Source: Chitinophagaceae bacterium
GTDB taxonomy: Bacteria; Bacteroidota; Bacteroidia; Chitinophagales; Chitinophagaceae
Length of the DNA stretch: 64,000 nucleotides
Assembly: GCA_027486835.1 (NCBI GenBank)
Contig: JAIXOJ010000031.1
Coordinates: 23,937-87,936, forward strand
Reading direction: 5' to 3'
Part shown: positions 25,306 through 34,551 of the stretch, piece by piece
Numbering within the stretch: the first letter of the stretch is position 1
Layout of the letters: every line of letters begins with the position of its first letter
Notes under the pieces: model-generated
The model's input: only the letters and a program-made list of their open reading frames with translations
Told to the model about the DNA's origin: nothing
Databases searched by the model: none
Program-made: the position numbers and the translations under genes

Positions 25306-25520
25306 AAACATCAATCGAGGTTCAATAAACATCAATCAAGGTCTGATAGACATCAATCGAGGTCTGATAGACATCAATCAAGGTCTGATAGACATCAATC
25401 GAGGTTCGATAGACATCAATCAAGGTCTGATAGACATCAATCGAGGTCTGATAGACATCAATCGAAGTGCGATAGACATCAATCGAGGTGCGATAGACAT
25501 CAATCGAGGTCTGATAGACA
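25306..25520. repeat. Tandem array of ~10.5 copies of a 21-bp unit (agacatcaatcgaggtctgat, with cg/ca and ct/gc variants)
   Basis: Repeats read directly from the sequence, with no spacers between copies. The predicted ORF 25169..25528 is just the in-frame translation of the repeat. Confidence 0.9.
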
Positions 25521-25700
25521 GAAATTGAACTTTTTACACCTTTTTGGATAGTTTTTGCTCTAGAAAAGGATAAAAAAGTGATATTTTTAAGTTTTAACTT
25601 TTCAATTAGATATTTTAACGGTGACGACGATTGCGCAATTCAAATTCTTTTTTTACTTTCGCTTCTGAAATTCATTTAAGAACATTAAAAAGCAATTATT

Positions 25701-26378
25701 ATGGAATTTTATAGTATCCCAGCAAGTGTATCACAATTTGACGTTTACCAAGAATCGCTTTATGATTTAGTTACCAAAAATGCCTCTGATTGGGGTATCC
25801 CCGCAGCCGTTGTGGCCAAATTAACCGCATTGCGCAACAAATGGGCACCAGCCTTCAAATTGCAAGCGGACGAATACACCGCTAGCAAGGCCAATAAAAT
25901 TACTCGGGATACTATAAGAAAGGAATATGAGACCGAGATTAAAAACATTATTGAACAATATTTACTCAACAAAAGCACCATTGCCGAAGATAAAAAGGGA
26001 ATGATTGGGATAAAAACCAAAAAAACACCTACTTCCACCAAGGGCGAATTAAAAGGATTTCCAGTTATTGAAGTTCGTATCAATGGTTCGTTGGCACATA
26101 GCATTGTTTTTCGCGATTCCATTGCTACTAAAAGCAAGGCGAAACCAAAGGGTGTTGCTTTTTGCGAATTGCGTTATAAAGTGATAGATACTGGCACGGC
26201 TGGGCCTATTAGTGCAGATGATTTTACAGGATATGAGCTTATTTCTTCTAGTGGTGATAATGTTCGCTTTCCAGAGACGTACCGCGGCAAAACCGCCCAC
26301 TACTTTGCTCGCTGGCGCAGAATAGATGGCTCAACAGGCTCTTGGAGTGCTTTTACAGATGGTGGAGTAATTAGTTAA
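25701..26378 (+). CDS. Hypothetical protein (225 aa), founder of a small paralog family
   Basis: Clean ORF 180 bp downstream of the 21-bp array. A frameshifted paralog fragment with the same downstream terminator sequence lies at 46140..46560 (minus). Confidence 0.55.
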   Translation: MEFYSIPASVSQFDVYQESLYDLVTKNASDWGIPAAVVAKLTALRNKWAPAFKLQADEYTASKANKITRDTIRKEYETEIKNIIEQYLLNKSTIAEDKKGMIGIKTKKTPTSTKGELKGFPVIEVRINGSLAHSIVFRDSIATKSKAKPKGVAFCELRYKVIDTGTAGPISADDFTGYELISSSGDNVRFPETYRGKTAHYFARWRRIDGSTGSWSAFTDGGVIS

Positions 26379-26401
26379 TTCCTGAATAGGTTATGATTAT
26401 T

Positions 26402-26446
26402 AAGCTCGAATGGACTACTACGTAAGTCTGTTCGAGCTTTTTTTAT
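26402..26446 (+). terminator. Rho-independent terminator (aagctcgaa...ttcgagctt + T7)
   Basis: Hairpin plus T-run 24 bp after the stop. The same motif is present after the pseudogene copy. Confidence 0.6.
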
Positions 26447-26883
26447 GGCTAATCTGACTACAAGGGCTTTTTACTTTTTAGTGATTCAAGATAAATGGCA
26501 AGGGGGTATGCAGGTCAAGAGGGGAATATTATAATGAATAAAACAACCAGAATAGTCCTTGCTATGTTGTATAAAAGTTTTATTCTTTTCCTTTCTTCAA
26601 GTGTTAAACAGTTGTGGTAAGGTAAAATGTCACCCAAGGCAAACAAGTTTTATCATCCAAATAAGTAAGGGCAAAATATCATAAAACGCACGCCATTCAG
26701 GCGTTCTAGTTCCCTATCCATAGGAGCTTGCGTTTATACAGATTTTATAGGTGCAAGACTATATCCGTTAGGTAAGCAAAGCGGGGTTTGGCTCAGTAAA
26801 AAAGAAATACCCCCATCCAATGTAACTTCTATTAGTAGGCAGGGTCTGTTGGTTTAATATTAACATAAAACGATTGTAATTAA

Positions 26884-27522
26884 ATGAAAAAGCAATTTTC
26901 AGTTATTGCCCTGCTTTGCCTTGTGATAGTTATTTGCGCAGCCTTTGTAAGCCCTAAGAATGTATTAATCGTGGGCGATTCTATCTCCATAGGTTATTTC
27001 CCAGTGGTTCAAAAAGCATTAGCCCCCGATGTGGTAGTAGAACACAACAGTGGAAATGGCGGTAACACAAAAAGAGGGGTTGACCGCATAGAACAATGGT
27101 TGGGCACCAAGCAATGGGATGTAATCCTTTTCAATTTTGGTCTGCATGACTTAGCAAGGATTGATTCTGCCCACAAATACGATGAAGTAAATGGAAAAGT
27201 GGAGATAACCATTGAAGAGTACAAAAAGAACCTCACCACCATTGTAAACAAGCTCAAAGAAACCACGGCCACCCTCATTTTTGCCACCACTACAGAAGTA
27301 CCCCCTAATGCCAAGGGACGTTTAGTGCAAGACGTGCCATTATACAACGCAGCGGCACTAGAAGTAATGAAAAAGAACGGCATTCAGGTGCTTGATCTTT
27401 ATACTCCATCACTAACCATCCACCCAGCCAATTCAAAGCCCGGCAATGTTCATTATACCGAAGCAGGTTACGAACTATTAGCAGCACCAATAATCAAAGC
27501 CATAAAAGCGGCCCTCAAATAA
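26884..27522 (+). CDS. Secreted SGNH/GDSL-family hydrolase
   Basis: Signal peptide, GDSIS (block I), GNGGNT, and NFGLHD motifs. Confidence 0.7.
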   Translation: MKKQFSVIALLCLVIVICAAFVSPKNVLIVGDSISIGYFPVVQKALAPDVVVEHNSGNGGNTKRGVDRIEQWLGTKQWDVILFNFGLHDLARIDSAHKYDEVNGKVEITIEEYKKNLTTIVNKLKETTATLIFATTTEVPPNAKGRLVQDVPLYNAAALEVMKKNGIQVLDLYTPSLTIHPANSKPGNVHYTEAGYELLAAPIIKAIKAALK

Positions 27523-27604
27523 CATAATGTTAGCAACATACGTTATGCAACAGGAAAACTTTGGCCCTCCCGTACTATTTTCACTGTTTCACTTCTTTAA
27601 AAAA

Positions 27605-27715
27605 AGCCAGTTTCTAAATACTCGGTGGACAATTCCCCTCTCGAGGGGTGCCCAAAGGGCGGGGTGGCAATTCCGCACAAGTCATACAACAGGAAAACTT
27701 TGGCCGCCACAAACT
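27605..27715 (+). repeat. Structured ~100-bp repeat element, copy B (hairpins cccctc-tc-gagggg and gccc-aaa-gggc)
   Basis: Aligns with copy A. It is flanked by the direct repeat caacaggaaaactttggcc at 27549 and 27698. Confidence 0.6.
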
Positions 27716-27744
27716 ATTACTCTATTAAATAAATAAAAAATAGC

Positions 27745-27765
27745 AAAGGGTGCATAAAAGTTTTT
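27745..27765. repeat. Solo/partial terminal repeat of the MITE-like element (gggtgcataaaagtttttcgc)
   Basis: Matches the left terminal inverted repeat of the elements at 46989 and 63390. No right arm is present. Confidence 0.35.
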
Positions 27766-28096
27766 CGCTTTTTCTGCACAAAACTGCAATGCTGTTGATG
27801 TGTGATATATGCTAACTACCGGAAAAGAAAGTTAGATGCGCCAAATAAACAAAGTATAAAAATGTCTTGCAATCAATACCAGGCTAACATTCCAGTTCCC
27901 TCTCTTTTGGAGAGGGGTTGGAGTGAGGTTTAAATTAGGGGGGCGAAAAACGTTAATGCTCCCATCCATTTTCAGGTTTTCCCACTTTGAATCAGTAAAC
28001 TGTAGCAGGTGGTTTCAATATACTTTCTTGCTAAATAAAACCACCCACTTACCACTTACTAGTTTACTTTGCTCACTTATTCATATCTCTTTTATC

Positions 28097-29224
28097 ATGC
28101 GTATTGGCATAGTTTGTTACCCCACATTTGGCGGAAGCGGCGTTTTAGCTACAGAATTGGGCAAGGCTTTGGCCGACAAAGGACATCAGGTTCATTTCAT
28201 CACCTACCAGCAACCCGTGAGGCTAAATGTGTTTAACACCAATATCTTTTACCACGAAGTAAGGGTGCCTACCTATCCATTATTTGACTATCCTCCTTAC
28301 GAAATTGCCCTTGCAAGCACCATGGTAGATGTCATTATCAACCACGACCTCGATTTGCTCCATGTGCACTATGCCATCCCACACGCCTCTGCGGCTTACA
28401 TGGCCAAGCAGATTGTAAAAAAGAAAATTGGCAGAGAAATTCCCGTAATCACTACCCTTCATGGTACGGACATTACCTTGGTGGGCCGCGATAAAACCTA
28501 TGAACCCGTGGTTACTTTCTCTATTAATGAAAGCGACGCCATCACGGCAGTATCCGAAAATTTAAGGGAAGAAACCTATAAAAATTTCGACATTGTAAAG
28601 GACATTTCGGTAGTTACCAATTTTGTGGACATCAGTCGTTTCGATAAAAAACCCATCGATGCTTTCAAAAAAGTAATAGCACCCAATGGCGAGAAAATTT
28701 TGGTCCACGCCAGTAATTTCAGAAAGGTAAAGCGGGTTAACGATGTAATAAAAGTGTTTAGTGAAGTGAGGGCATTTCTCCCTGCTAAACTATTAATGGT
28801 GGGCGATGGTCCAGAGCGATCTTCGGCAGAAGAACTAGCAAGGTTGTTGGGCATTGCAGAAGACATTCGTTTTGTAGGCAAGCAAGAGCAAATGGAAGAA
28901 ATACTGGCAGTGAGCGATTTGTTTTTATTGCCCAGCGAATATGAAAGTTTTGGTCTTGCCGCACTAGAAGCTATGGCTGCGAAAAATGTAGTGATTAGTA
29001 CCAATGCAGGTGGTTTGCCAGAGGTAAATGTGCAAGGGAAAACAGGCTTCTTAGCCAATGTGGGCGATGTAGCCGCCATGAGCGATTTTGCCATCTCCTT
29101 GCTAAAGAATGAAGATTTGCTCTCGCAAATGAAAACCAACGCCTATGAACATGCCTTGAATTTTGACATCAGCCGCATTGTTCCTCATTATGAAGCAATT
29201 TATAAACAATTCTGCCGCATGTAG
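28097..29224 (+). CDS. bshA: GT4 glycosyltransferase, N-acetyl-alpha-D-glucosaminyl L-malate synthase (bacillithiol biosynthesis BshA-like)
   Basis: MRIGIVCYPTFGGSGVLATELGKALADKGHQVHFITY and an EX7E-type C-terminal GT4 fold. The start was moved to the ATG at 28097, because the upstream part of the ORF covers repeat elements. Confidence 0.7.
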   Translation: MRIGIVCYPTFGGSGVLATELGKALADKGHQVHFITYQQPVRLNVFNTNIFYHEVRVPTYPLFDYPPYEIALASTMVDVIINHDLDLLHVHYAIPHASAAYMAKQIVKKKIGREIPVITTLHGTDITLVGRDKTYEPVVTFSINESDAITAVSENLREETYKNFDIVKDISVVTNFVDISRFDKKPIDAFKKVIAPNGEKILVHASNFRKVKRVNDVIKVFSEVRAFLPAKLLMVGDGPERSSAEELARLLGIAEDIRFVGKQEQMEEILAVSDLFLLPSEYESFGLAALEAMAAKNVVISTNAGGLPEVNVQGKTGFLANVGDVAAMSDFAISLLKNEDLLSQMKTNAYEHALNFDISRIVPHYEAIYKQFCRM

Positions 29225-29776
29225 CTTCCTTGGGAGTGTCTAAACTTTCATTTCGTCAATCCAATAAGTAGGCTCTATATCTGTTTCATTCCACAGCTTA
29301 ATGCCTACATCAACTTTCCATTGTAGGGTAGTAATCATCCGTTTTTAATGGCGCTTGCCAGAGAAACTGCCGCTCCATTGCTTTAGCCAAATCTAGGCTA
29401 TGCGTTAGGGTTAAATTGTCCTTTGCATCCTCCGCTCTTGTACTATCCAAACTATTCCAATATTTATGGCAGCATAGTGAAAGCTTGGGATAAAAAGGCA
29501 GCGACATGGAAAATCTTTTTGCACAGTGGGTTGTGTATAAGCGAATAAAAAGACGGTATAACTTTTTGAAATAGTGCATAAACGGGCATTCAGATGTGGA
29601 AAAATAGGGTTTAGCTGTGCATAGAGGGTGAATGGGGTGTGGATTAAAATAACTCACCCAAAATTGGAATTAACCAATTTGTTAGCCCATATTCGTTGCC
29701 CCCCAGCACTAATGGCAAGCGGAATCTTGCAGTTAGTGCTGGGCTTTTTTAACCTCTTTAAATTGTACAAAAGCTA

Positions 29777-31387
29777 GTGGATATTACCAGTTTAAATAAA
29801 GACAGGAAACGAAGAAAAGTGCCCAGCATCGATTTGAGCAATATCGGTTCTGGCAAAGTACAACCTCAAGCAAGAGAACTAGAAGAGGCTGTGTTGGGGG
29901 CAATAATGTTGGAGAAAGGTGCTTTTGATACGGTGAGCGAAATCTTAAAACCAGAATGTTTCTACGTACAGGCGCATGAACATATCTACCGGTGTATGAT
30001 GAGCTTGGAGCAAAAAAGCCAGCCCATAGATATACTTACGGTAGTAGAAGAGCTTCGTTTCAAAGAATTATTAGAGTCAATTGGAGGCCCTTATTTTGTT
30101 ACTAAACTCACCAATTCGGTGGTTAGTGCGGCCAATATTGATGCCCACGCTAGAATTGTGCTCCAAAAGTTTATCCAACGGGAGTTGATTAGAATTAGTG
30201 GTGAAATTATTGGCGAAGCCTATGAAGACAGTACCGATGTATTTGATTTGCTGAATACAACGGAAGAAAAGATTTTTAACGTAACCAAAAACTTCCTTAA
30301 ACAAGATTATAAGGAAATGGGTACTGCTTTAGCACAAGCAGTGATGCGTATTGATGATTTGCGTACCAAAACAGAAGATATTTCTGGGGTACCTAGTGGC
30401 TTTGCATCGCTAGATAGGGTAACATTTGGTTGGCAACCTACCGATTTGATTATCCTAGCAGCACGTCCTTCAGTGGGTAAAACGGCTTTTGCTTTAAACC
30501 TAGCACGCCATGCCGCATTAAACACCTCTAAGCCCACCGCAGTGGGGTTTTTTAGTCTGGAAATGAGTGCTGCGCAATTGGTGCAACGGATATTAAGTGC
30601 GGAAAGTGAAATTCCTTTGGAGAAAATTAGCCGGGGTAAAATGGAAGATTATGAATACCAACAATTGCATACCAAGGGTATCAAAAAGCTGGAATCAGCC
30701 CCCATATTCATCGACGATACGGCCTCTTTAAACATTTTCGAGTTCAGAGCCAAAGCCAGAAGACTGGTAAACAAGCACAACGTAGGCATCATTATGATTG
30801 ACTATTTACAGTTGATGAGTGGCAGTGCCGACAAAAACAGTAATCGGGAACAAGAGATTAGCACCATCTCTCGAAATCTGAAAGCTTTAGCAAAAGAGTT
30901 GAACATTCCCATTATTGCACTGAGCCAGTTGAGTCGTGCGGTTGAAACCAGAAAGGAGAGCAAGATGCCCCAGTTAAGCGATTTGAGGGAATCTGGTGCC
31001 ATTGAGCAAGATGCGGATATGGTAATGTTTATCTATAGACCTGAGTACTATGAAAACATGACGAATGAGCATGGAGAAAGTACCAAGGGCGAAACGCATA
31101 TTAGAATTGCCAAACACCGTAATGGCTCATTAGAGAATATTAGGCTACAAGCACATCTACACATCCAGCGTTTTGAAGATATTGATGATAACAACAACCG
31201 ACCAGGCGGTAGTAATAATTTAGGTGGAGGCAACTTCAAGCCCATACCCTCCGGGCCTTTGAGTCCATTGGGAGGTGCTCCTGCTGGTGCTGGAACAGCC
31301 AATGGCGGTGGTAAGTTCTTTGTTCAAGGAAGTAAAATGAACACAGGCGATTTTGATGCTGGCGCAGAATTAGATGCACCTTGGTAA
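29777..31387 (+). CDS. dnaB: Replicative DNA helicase DnaB with an unusual ~70-aa Gly-rich C-terminal tail
   Basis: DnaB N-domain (EEAVLGAIMLEKGAFD), Walker A ARPSVGKTAFALNLA, and motifs IIMIDYLQLM, SQLSRAVE, ESGAIEQDADMV. The 5' end is assigned to a GTG, so the start is uncertain. Confidence 0.85.
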   Translation: MDITSLNKDRKRRKVPSIDLSNIGSGKVQPQARELEEAVLGAIMLEKGAFDTVSEILKPECFYVQAHEHIYRCMMSLEQKSQPIDILTVVEELRFKELLESIGGPYFVTKLTNSVVSAANIDAHARIVLQKFIQRELIRISGEIIGEAYEDSTDVFDLLNTTEEKIFNVTKNFLKQDYKEMGTALAQAVMRIDDLRTKTEDISGVPSGFASLDRVTFGWQPTDLIILAARPSVGKTAFALNLARHAALNTSKPTAVGFFSLEMSAAQLVQRILSAESEIPLEKISRGKMEDYEYQQLHTKGIKKLESAPIFIDDTASLNIFEFRAKARRLVNKHNVGIIMIDYLQLMSGSADKNSNREQEISTISRNLKALAKELNIPIIALSQLSRAVETRKESKMPQLSDLRESGAIEQDADMVMFIYRPEYYENMTNEHGESTKGETHIRIAKHRNGSLENIRLQAHLHIQRFEDIDDNNNRPGGSNNLGGGNFKPIPSGPLSPLGGAPAGAGTANGGGKFFVQGSKMNTGDFDAGAELDAPW

Positions 31388-31451
31388 GCTGTCAACAAGG
31401 TAAAATCAGGCAACAGCCAATTGATATTTTAGTACGGAAATAAAGTCACTT

Positions 31452-31548
31452 AGGGTGCATAAAAGTTTTTTTCATTACAGCTTTCACCAGATTGGTGGAG
31501 TTATGATGGAGGTTTAACTAATAACTCCAAAAACTTTTATGCATCATC
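31452..31548. repeat. Degenerate MITE-like element copy (gggtgcataaaagttttt ... aaaaacttttatgcatcatcc) with a different interior
   Basis: Terminal inverted repeats match the 46989 and 63390 elements with a few mismatches. Confidence 0.4.
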
Positions 31549-31619
31549 CACTTCGTAAATCGTTTACTGGCATCACCTACCAGCAAATACAGTACGGGAA
31601 TCTCCTATTTTTGCCCACG

Positions 31620-32756
31620 ATGTGTTATTGGAAAAAATTGGCCTGCCTTTTTACTTGCTTGTTTATTACCTGTATGGTAATAGCTCAAGACATAGCCAAA
31701 ACCACTCAATTGCCCACCACAGAAGAAAGTAGCAAAGCAAACACTAGTCAAAAAGACAGTTCAAAGTCACCTGCCAAACGCCTACCTAAAGACACCAGTT
31801 TAAAACCTACTTGGAAACCACCACGCCCAAAACCGCAGAAAGACAGTTTGGGCAAAATGCTGGGCATCATAAAAAAGGATACAGCCCATGTTAGTACAGA
31901 TACTTTGCTAAATCAGGATTCTCTGCTTGTTGCCCAAAGAAAGCTCGACTCTCTAAAATCAGATAGTACAGCAAAAGCCAATGCTGCCAAACTGCTGCTA
32001 ACAAAGAAAAATGATACCTCTACCTATGCTGCTGTATTCTACTGCGAGTATTTGCCCATCCATTTACCTGCAAAGCCCTTGCTGGAAAAAGAACGCAATG
32101 CAACCTCAAACGAAGAATTGTTTTATCTGCTTACGGGTGCTGTGTTCCTGATTGCTATTACTAAACTTATTTTTCCAAAGTATTTCAGCAACATGTTTTT
32201 GTTGTTTTTTCAAACCTCCCATAGACAAAAGCAGGCAATTGAAAATTTAGCCAATAATAAGATTTCTTCCTTGTTGTTTAACCTTGCTTTTGTGTTGTCT
32301 TTTGCCATCTATTTAACTTTATTACTGGGTTATAATGGTTTGGTTAGGTACTCATTTTGGAACCTACTTCCATACAGCTTAGCTATAATCGCTTGCATCT
32401 ATTTAATCAAGTTCGTTTTTTTATACTTTGTAGGGTGGGCGTTCAACGAAGAAAAAGCTGTTTCAAGTTATTCTTTCGTGGTGTTTATTAGCAATAAGTT
32501 GCTGGGAATCATTCTCCTGCCATTTATTTTTTTAGTGGCTTTTAATAGTGGGGCTGCCATCTCCGTCTATTTTACCATCACTTATTATCTTTTTGGTGCG
32601 GCTTTGCTGTATCGTTTTTTTATTGCGGTTAGTTCATTAAGAACGCAGTTAAAGCTAAGCGTACTTCATTTTACTTTGTACCTTTTTTCAATAGAGATAC
32701 TTCCATTAATGCTCCTGTACAAGGCTTTATTCCAGCTTATCATGCATGGGATTTAA
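31620..32756 (+). CDS. DUF4271-like polytopic membrane protein (Lys/Ser-rich N-terminal region, C-terminal multi-TM domain)
   Basis: The start is set at MCYWKKLACLFTCLFITCMVIAQ (signal/TM-like). The ORF as called begins inside the MITE-like repeat. It sits upstream of hemD, as is common in Bacteroidota. Confidence 0.55.
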   Translation: MCYWKKLACLFTCLFITCMVIAQDIAKTTQLPTTEESSKANTSQKDSSKSPAKRLPKDTSLKPTWKPPRPKPQKDSLGKMLGIIKKDTAHVSTDTLLNQDSLLVAQRKLDSLKSDSTAKANAAKLLLTKKNDTSTYAAVFYCEYLPIHLPAKPLLEKERNATSNEELFYLLTGAVFLIAITKLIFPKYFSNMFLLFFQTSHRQKQAIENLANNKISSLLFNLAFVLSFAIYLTLLLGYNGLVRYSFWNLLPYSLAIIACIYLIKFVFLYFVGWAFNEEKAVSSYSFVVFISNKLLGIILLPFIFLVAFNSGAAISVYFTITYYLFGAALLYRFFIAVSSLRTQLKLSVLHFTLYLFSIEILPLMLLYKALFQLIMHGI

Positions 32757-32791
32757 TTTATACAGGGTAGATTAAGAATATAATAACGATT

Positions 32792-33583
32792 ATGCACACG
32801 ATTTTGCCTACTAACAAGTTGCAGCCATTTCAGCTATTAATTGGTCAACAAAAACCAGAGAGCGATAAATCTCCTTTTTTCGAATTAGAGAGAAAATTTG
32901 GCGTACAACTAACATTTGCCCCATTTATTAAAATTGAGGCATTTAGTTCCAAAGAATTTAGAAAACAGAAAATTGATTTGACAAAATTTTCGGGAGTTAT
33001 TTTAACCACTAAAAATGCGGTTGATTATTATTTCAAGACACTGGAGGAACAAAAGATTCCAATAAGTGTAGAAACGAAATATTATTGTTCCACCGAATCT
33101 ATTGGGCTGTATTTGCAGAAATTTATTGAATACCGGAAGCGAAAGATTTTTTTTGGTGTTGACGGCACCAATAAAAGCCTTTTTGAAATCATCATTAAGC
33201 ACAAAGCACCTAACTATTTATATGTATGCAGCGAAAACCAGCAGGATTCCTCCATACTTCAATGGTTAAAGGAGCAACAGTTTGATTACCAACTCGCATT
33301 TATGTACAGAAGTGTTAGCTGCGATTTGAAAGAGGTATTCAATCAAAAACATTTCGACATGATTTGCATTTTTACCCCAAGCGGGTTAAAAAGTTTACAA
33401 GACAACTTCCCCAATTTTGTACAAAACGATTTACTAATTGGTGCTTATGGCGAGAATACTATTAGAGCTGTGGAGGAAGCGGGGTTGCGTATAGATTTAA
33501 AAGCTCCCAAACCCAAAGCATTGACAATGGCAGCAGCAATAGATCAGTTTTTCACGGCGGCGCAAGTAGGTGTACAAGCATAA
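32792..33583 (+). CDS. hemD: Uroporphyrinogen-III synthase (HEM4 family)
   Basis: 263 aa. The FSGVILTTKNAVDYYFKTL segment and overall length and pattern are typical of HemD. Confidence 0.65.
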   Translation: MHTILPTNKLQPFQLLIGQQKPESDKSPFFELERKFGVQLTFAPFIKIEAFSSKEFRKQKIDLTKFSGVILTTKNAVDYYFKTLEEQKIPISVETKYYCSTESIGLYLQKFIEYRKRKIFFGVDGTNKSLFEIIIKHKAPNYLYVCSENQQDSSILQWLKEQQFDYQLAFMYRSVSCDLKEVFNQKHFDMICIFTPSGLKSLQDNFPNFVQNDLLIGAYGENTIRAVEEAGLRIDLKAPKPKALTMAAAIDQFFTAAQVGVQA

Positions 33584-33626
33584 AAAAAGCCCCAACCTAT
33601 TATCTACAGGTTGGGGCTTTTTTTAT
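33584..33626. terminator. Bidirectional rho-independent terminator between the convergent hemD and lpxA genes
   Basis: A-run, gccccaacct / aggttggggc stem, then T-run. Confidence 0.7.
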
Positions 33627-33639
33627 AGCTAAAGGCTTA

Positions 33640-34437
33640 TTACTCTTCGCCCCCAGCAAGTTTTCCAAATCTTTTGATGATTCCTCTTCCGCTGTCTCGT
33701 ATAAACGTAACTATTTCGTCACGCTCGTCTGTAGGCGTAATCTCTTCTTCAATGAAGTCTATAGCTTGTGAAGTATTTAATCCTTTGCTATAAATGACTC
33801 TATAAATGTCCAATATATGGTTGATTTGTACCAAAGAGAATCCACGTCGTTTTAATCCCACACTATTTACGCCACCATAACTCAAAGGATTTCTAACGGC
33901 TTTGATATAAGGCGGCACATCTTTACTAACTAGACTTCCACCCGCAACAAATGTATGCTGACCTATATGTACAAATTGGTGTACGGCACTTACTCCTCCC
34001 ACCACAGCCCAATCGCCAATGACCACGTGACCAGCTAGTTGTACGCTATTGCTAAGTATGCAGTTATTACCAATAATACAATCGTGCGCTACATGGCAAT
34101 AGGCCATTATCAAGCAATTAGTACCCACTTTGGTTTTTCCTCGGTCGTTTGTACCTCTATTGATGGTTACGAATTCCCGAATTGTGGTGTTGTCGCCAAC
34201 TTCTACGGTTGTTTTTTCGCCATTAAACTTTAAATCTTGGGGGATTGCACCAATTACTGCACCTGGAAAAATGCGGCAATTTTTTCCAATCCTTGTTCCT
34301 TCCATGATGGTAACATTACTACCAATCCATGTGCCTTCACCAATAACAACATCACCGTGGATAACGGTGAATGGGTCAATTTTTACATTTGATGCTACTT
34401 TAGCATTAGGGTCTATGTATGTATAAGGGTGCGTCAT
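33640..34437 (-). CDS. lpxA: Acyl-ACP–UDP-N-acetylglucosamine O-acyltransferase
   Basis: Left-handed beta-helix hexapeptide repeats with MTHPYTYIDPNAKVASNVKIDPFTVIHGDVVIGEGTWIGSNVTI. The start was moved to the internal Met at 34437. Confidence 0.85.
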   Translation of the reverse strand: MTHPYTYIDPNAKVASNVKIDPFTVIHGDVVIGEGTWIGSNVTIMEGTRIGKNCRIFPGAVIGAIPQDLKFNGEKTTVEVGDNTTIREFVTINRGTNDRGKTKVGTNCLIMAYCHVAHDCIIGNNCILSNSVQLAGHVVIGDWAVVGGVSAVHQFVHIGQHTFVAGGSLVSKDVPPYIKAVRNPLSYGGVNSVGLKRRGFSLVQINHILDIYRVIYSKGLNTSQAIDFIEEEITPTDERDEIVTFIRDSGRGIIKRFGKLAGGEE

Positions 34438-34551
34438 CCGATTGTTTCGGGGTTTAGTGGCTAACAAAGATTGCATACGTTAGCCCCATTAATAAAAAAG
34501 ATGCCAAAAAATTAATTCTCTAAAAAAAAGTACAAAAAATGATAGAATTAA

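Noticed and set aside
25306-25520. Possible CRISPR arrays (this one and the arrays at 46580..46750 and 63731..64000)
   Set aside because: The units are directly adjacent with no unique spacers, and no cas genes are present. These are minisatellite-type tandem repeats, not CRISPR.
25169-25528. 119-aa ORF encoding (I/D)INRGLIDINQGL repeats
   Set aside because: It is the in-frame read-through of a 21-bp (7-codon) perfect tandem DNA repeat. No start context is independent of the repeat, so it was called a repeat rather than a CDS.
29310-29657. 115-aa minus-strand ORF between bshA and dnaB
   Set aside because: The Cys/His/Tyr-rich translation is odd, and there are no motifs. It more likely overlaps the dnaB promoter or leader region. 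It was kept as uncalled.
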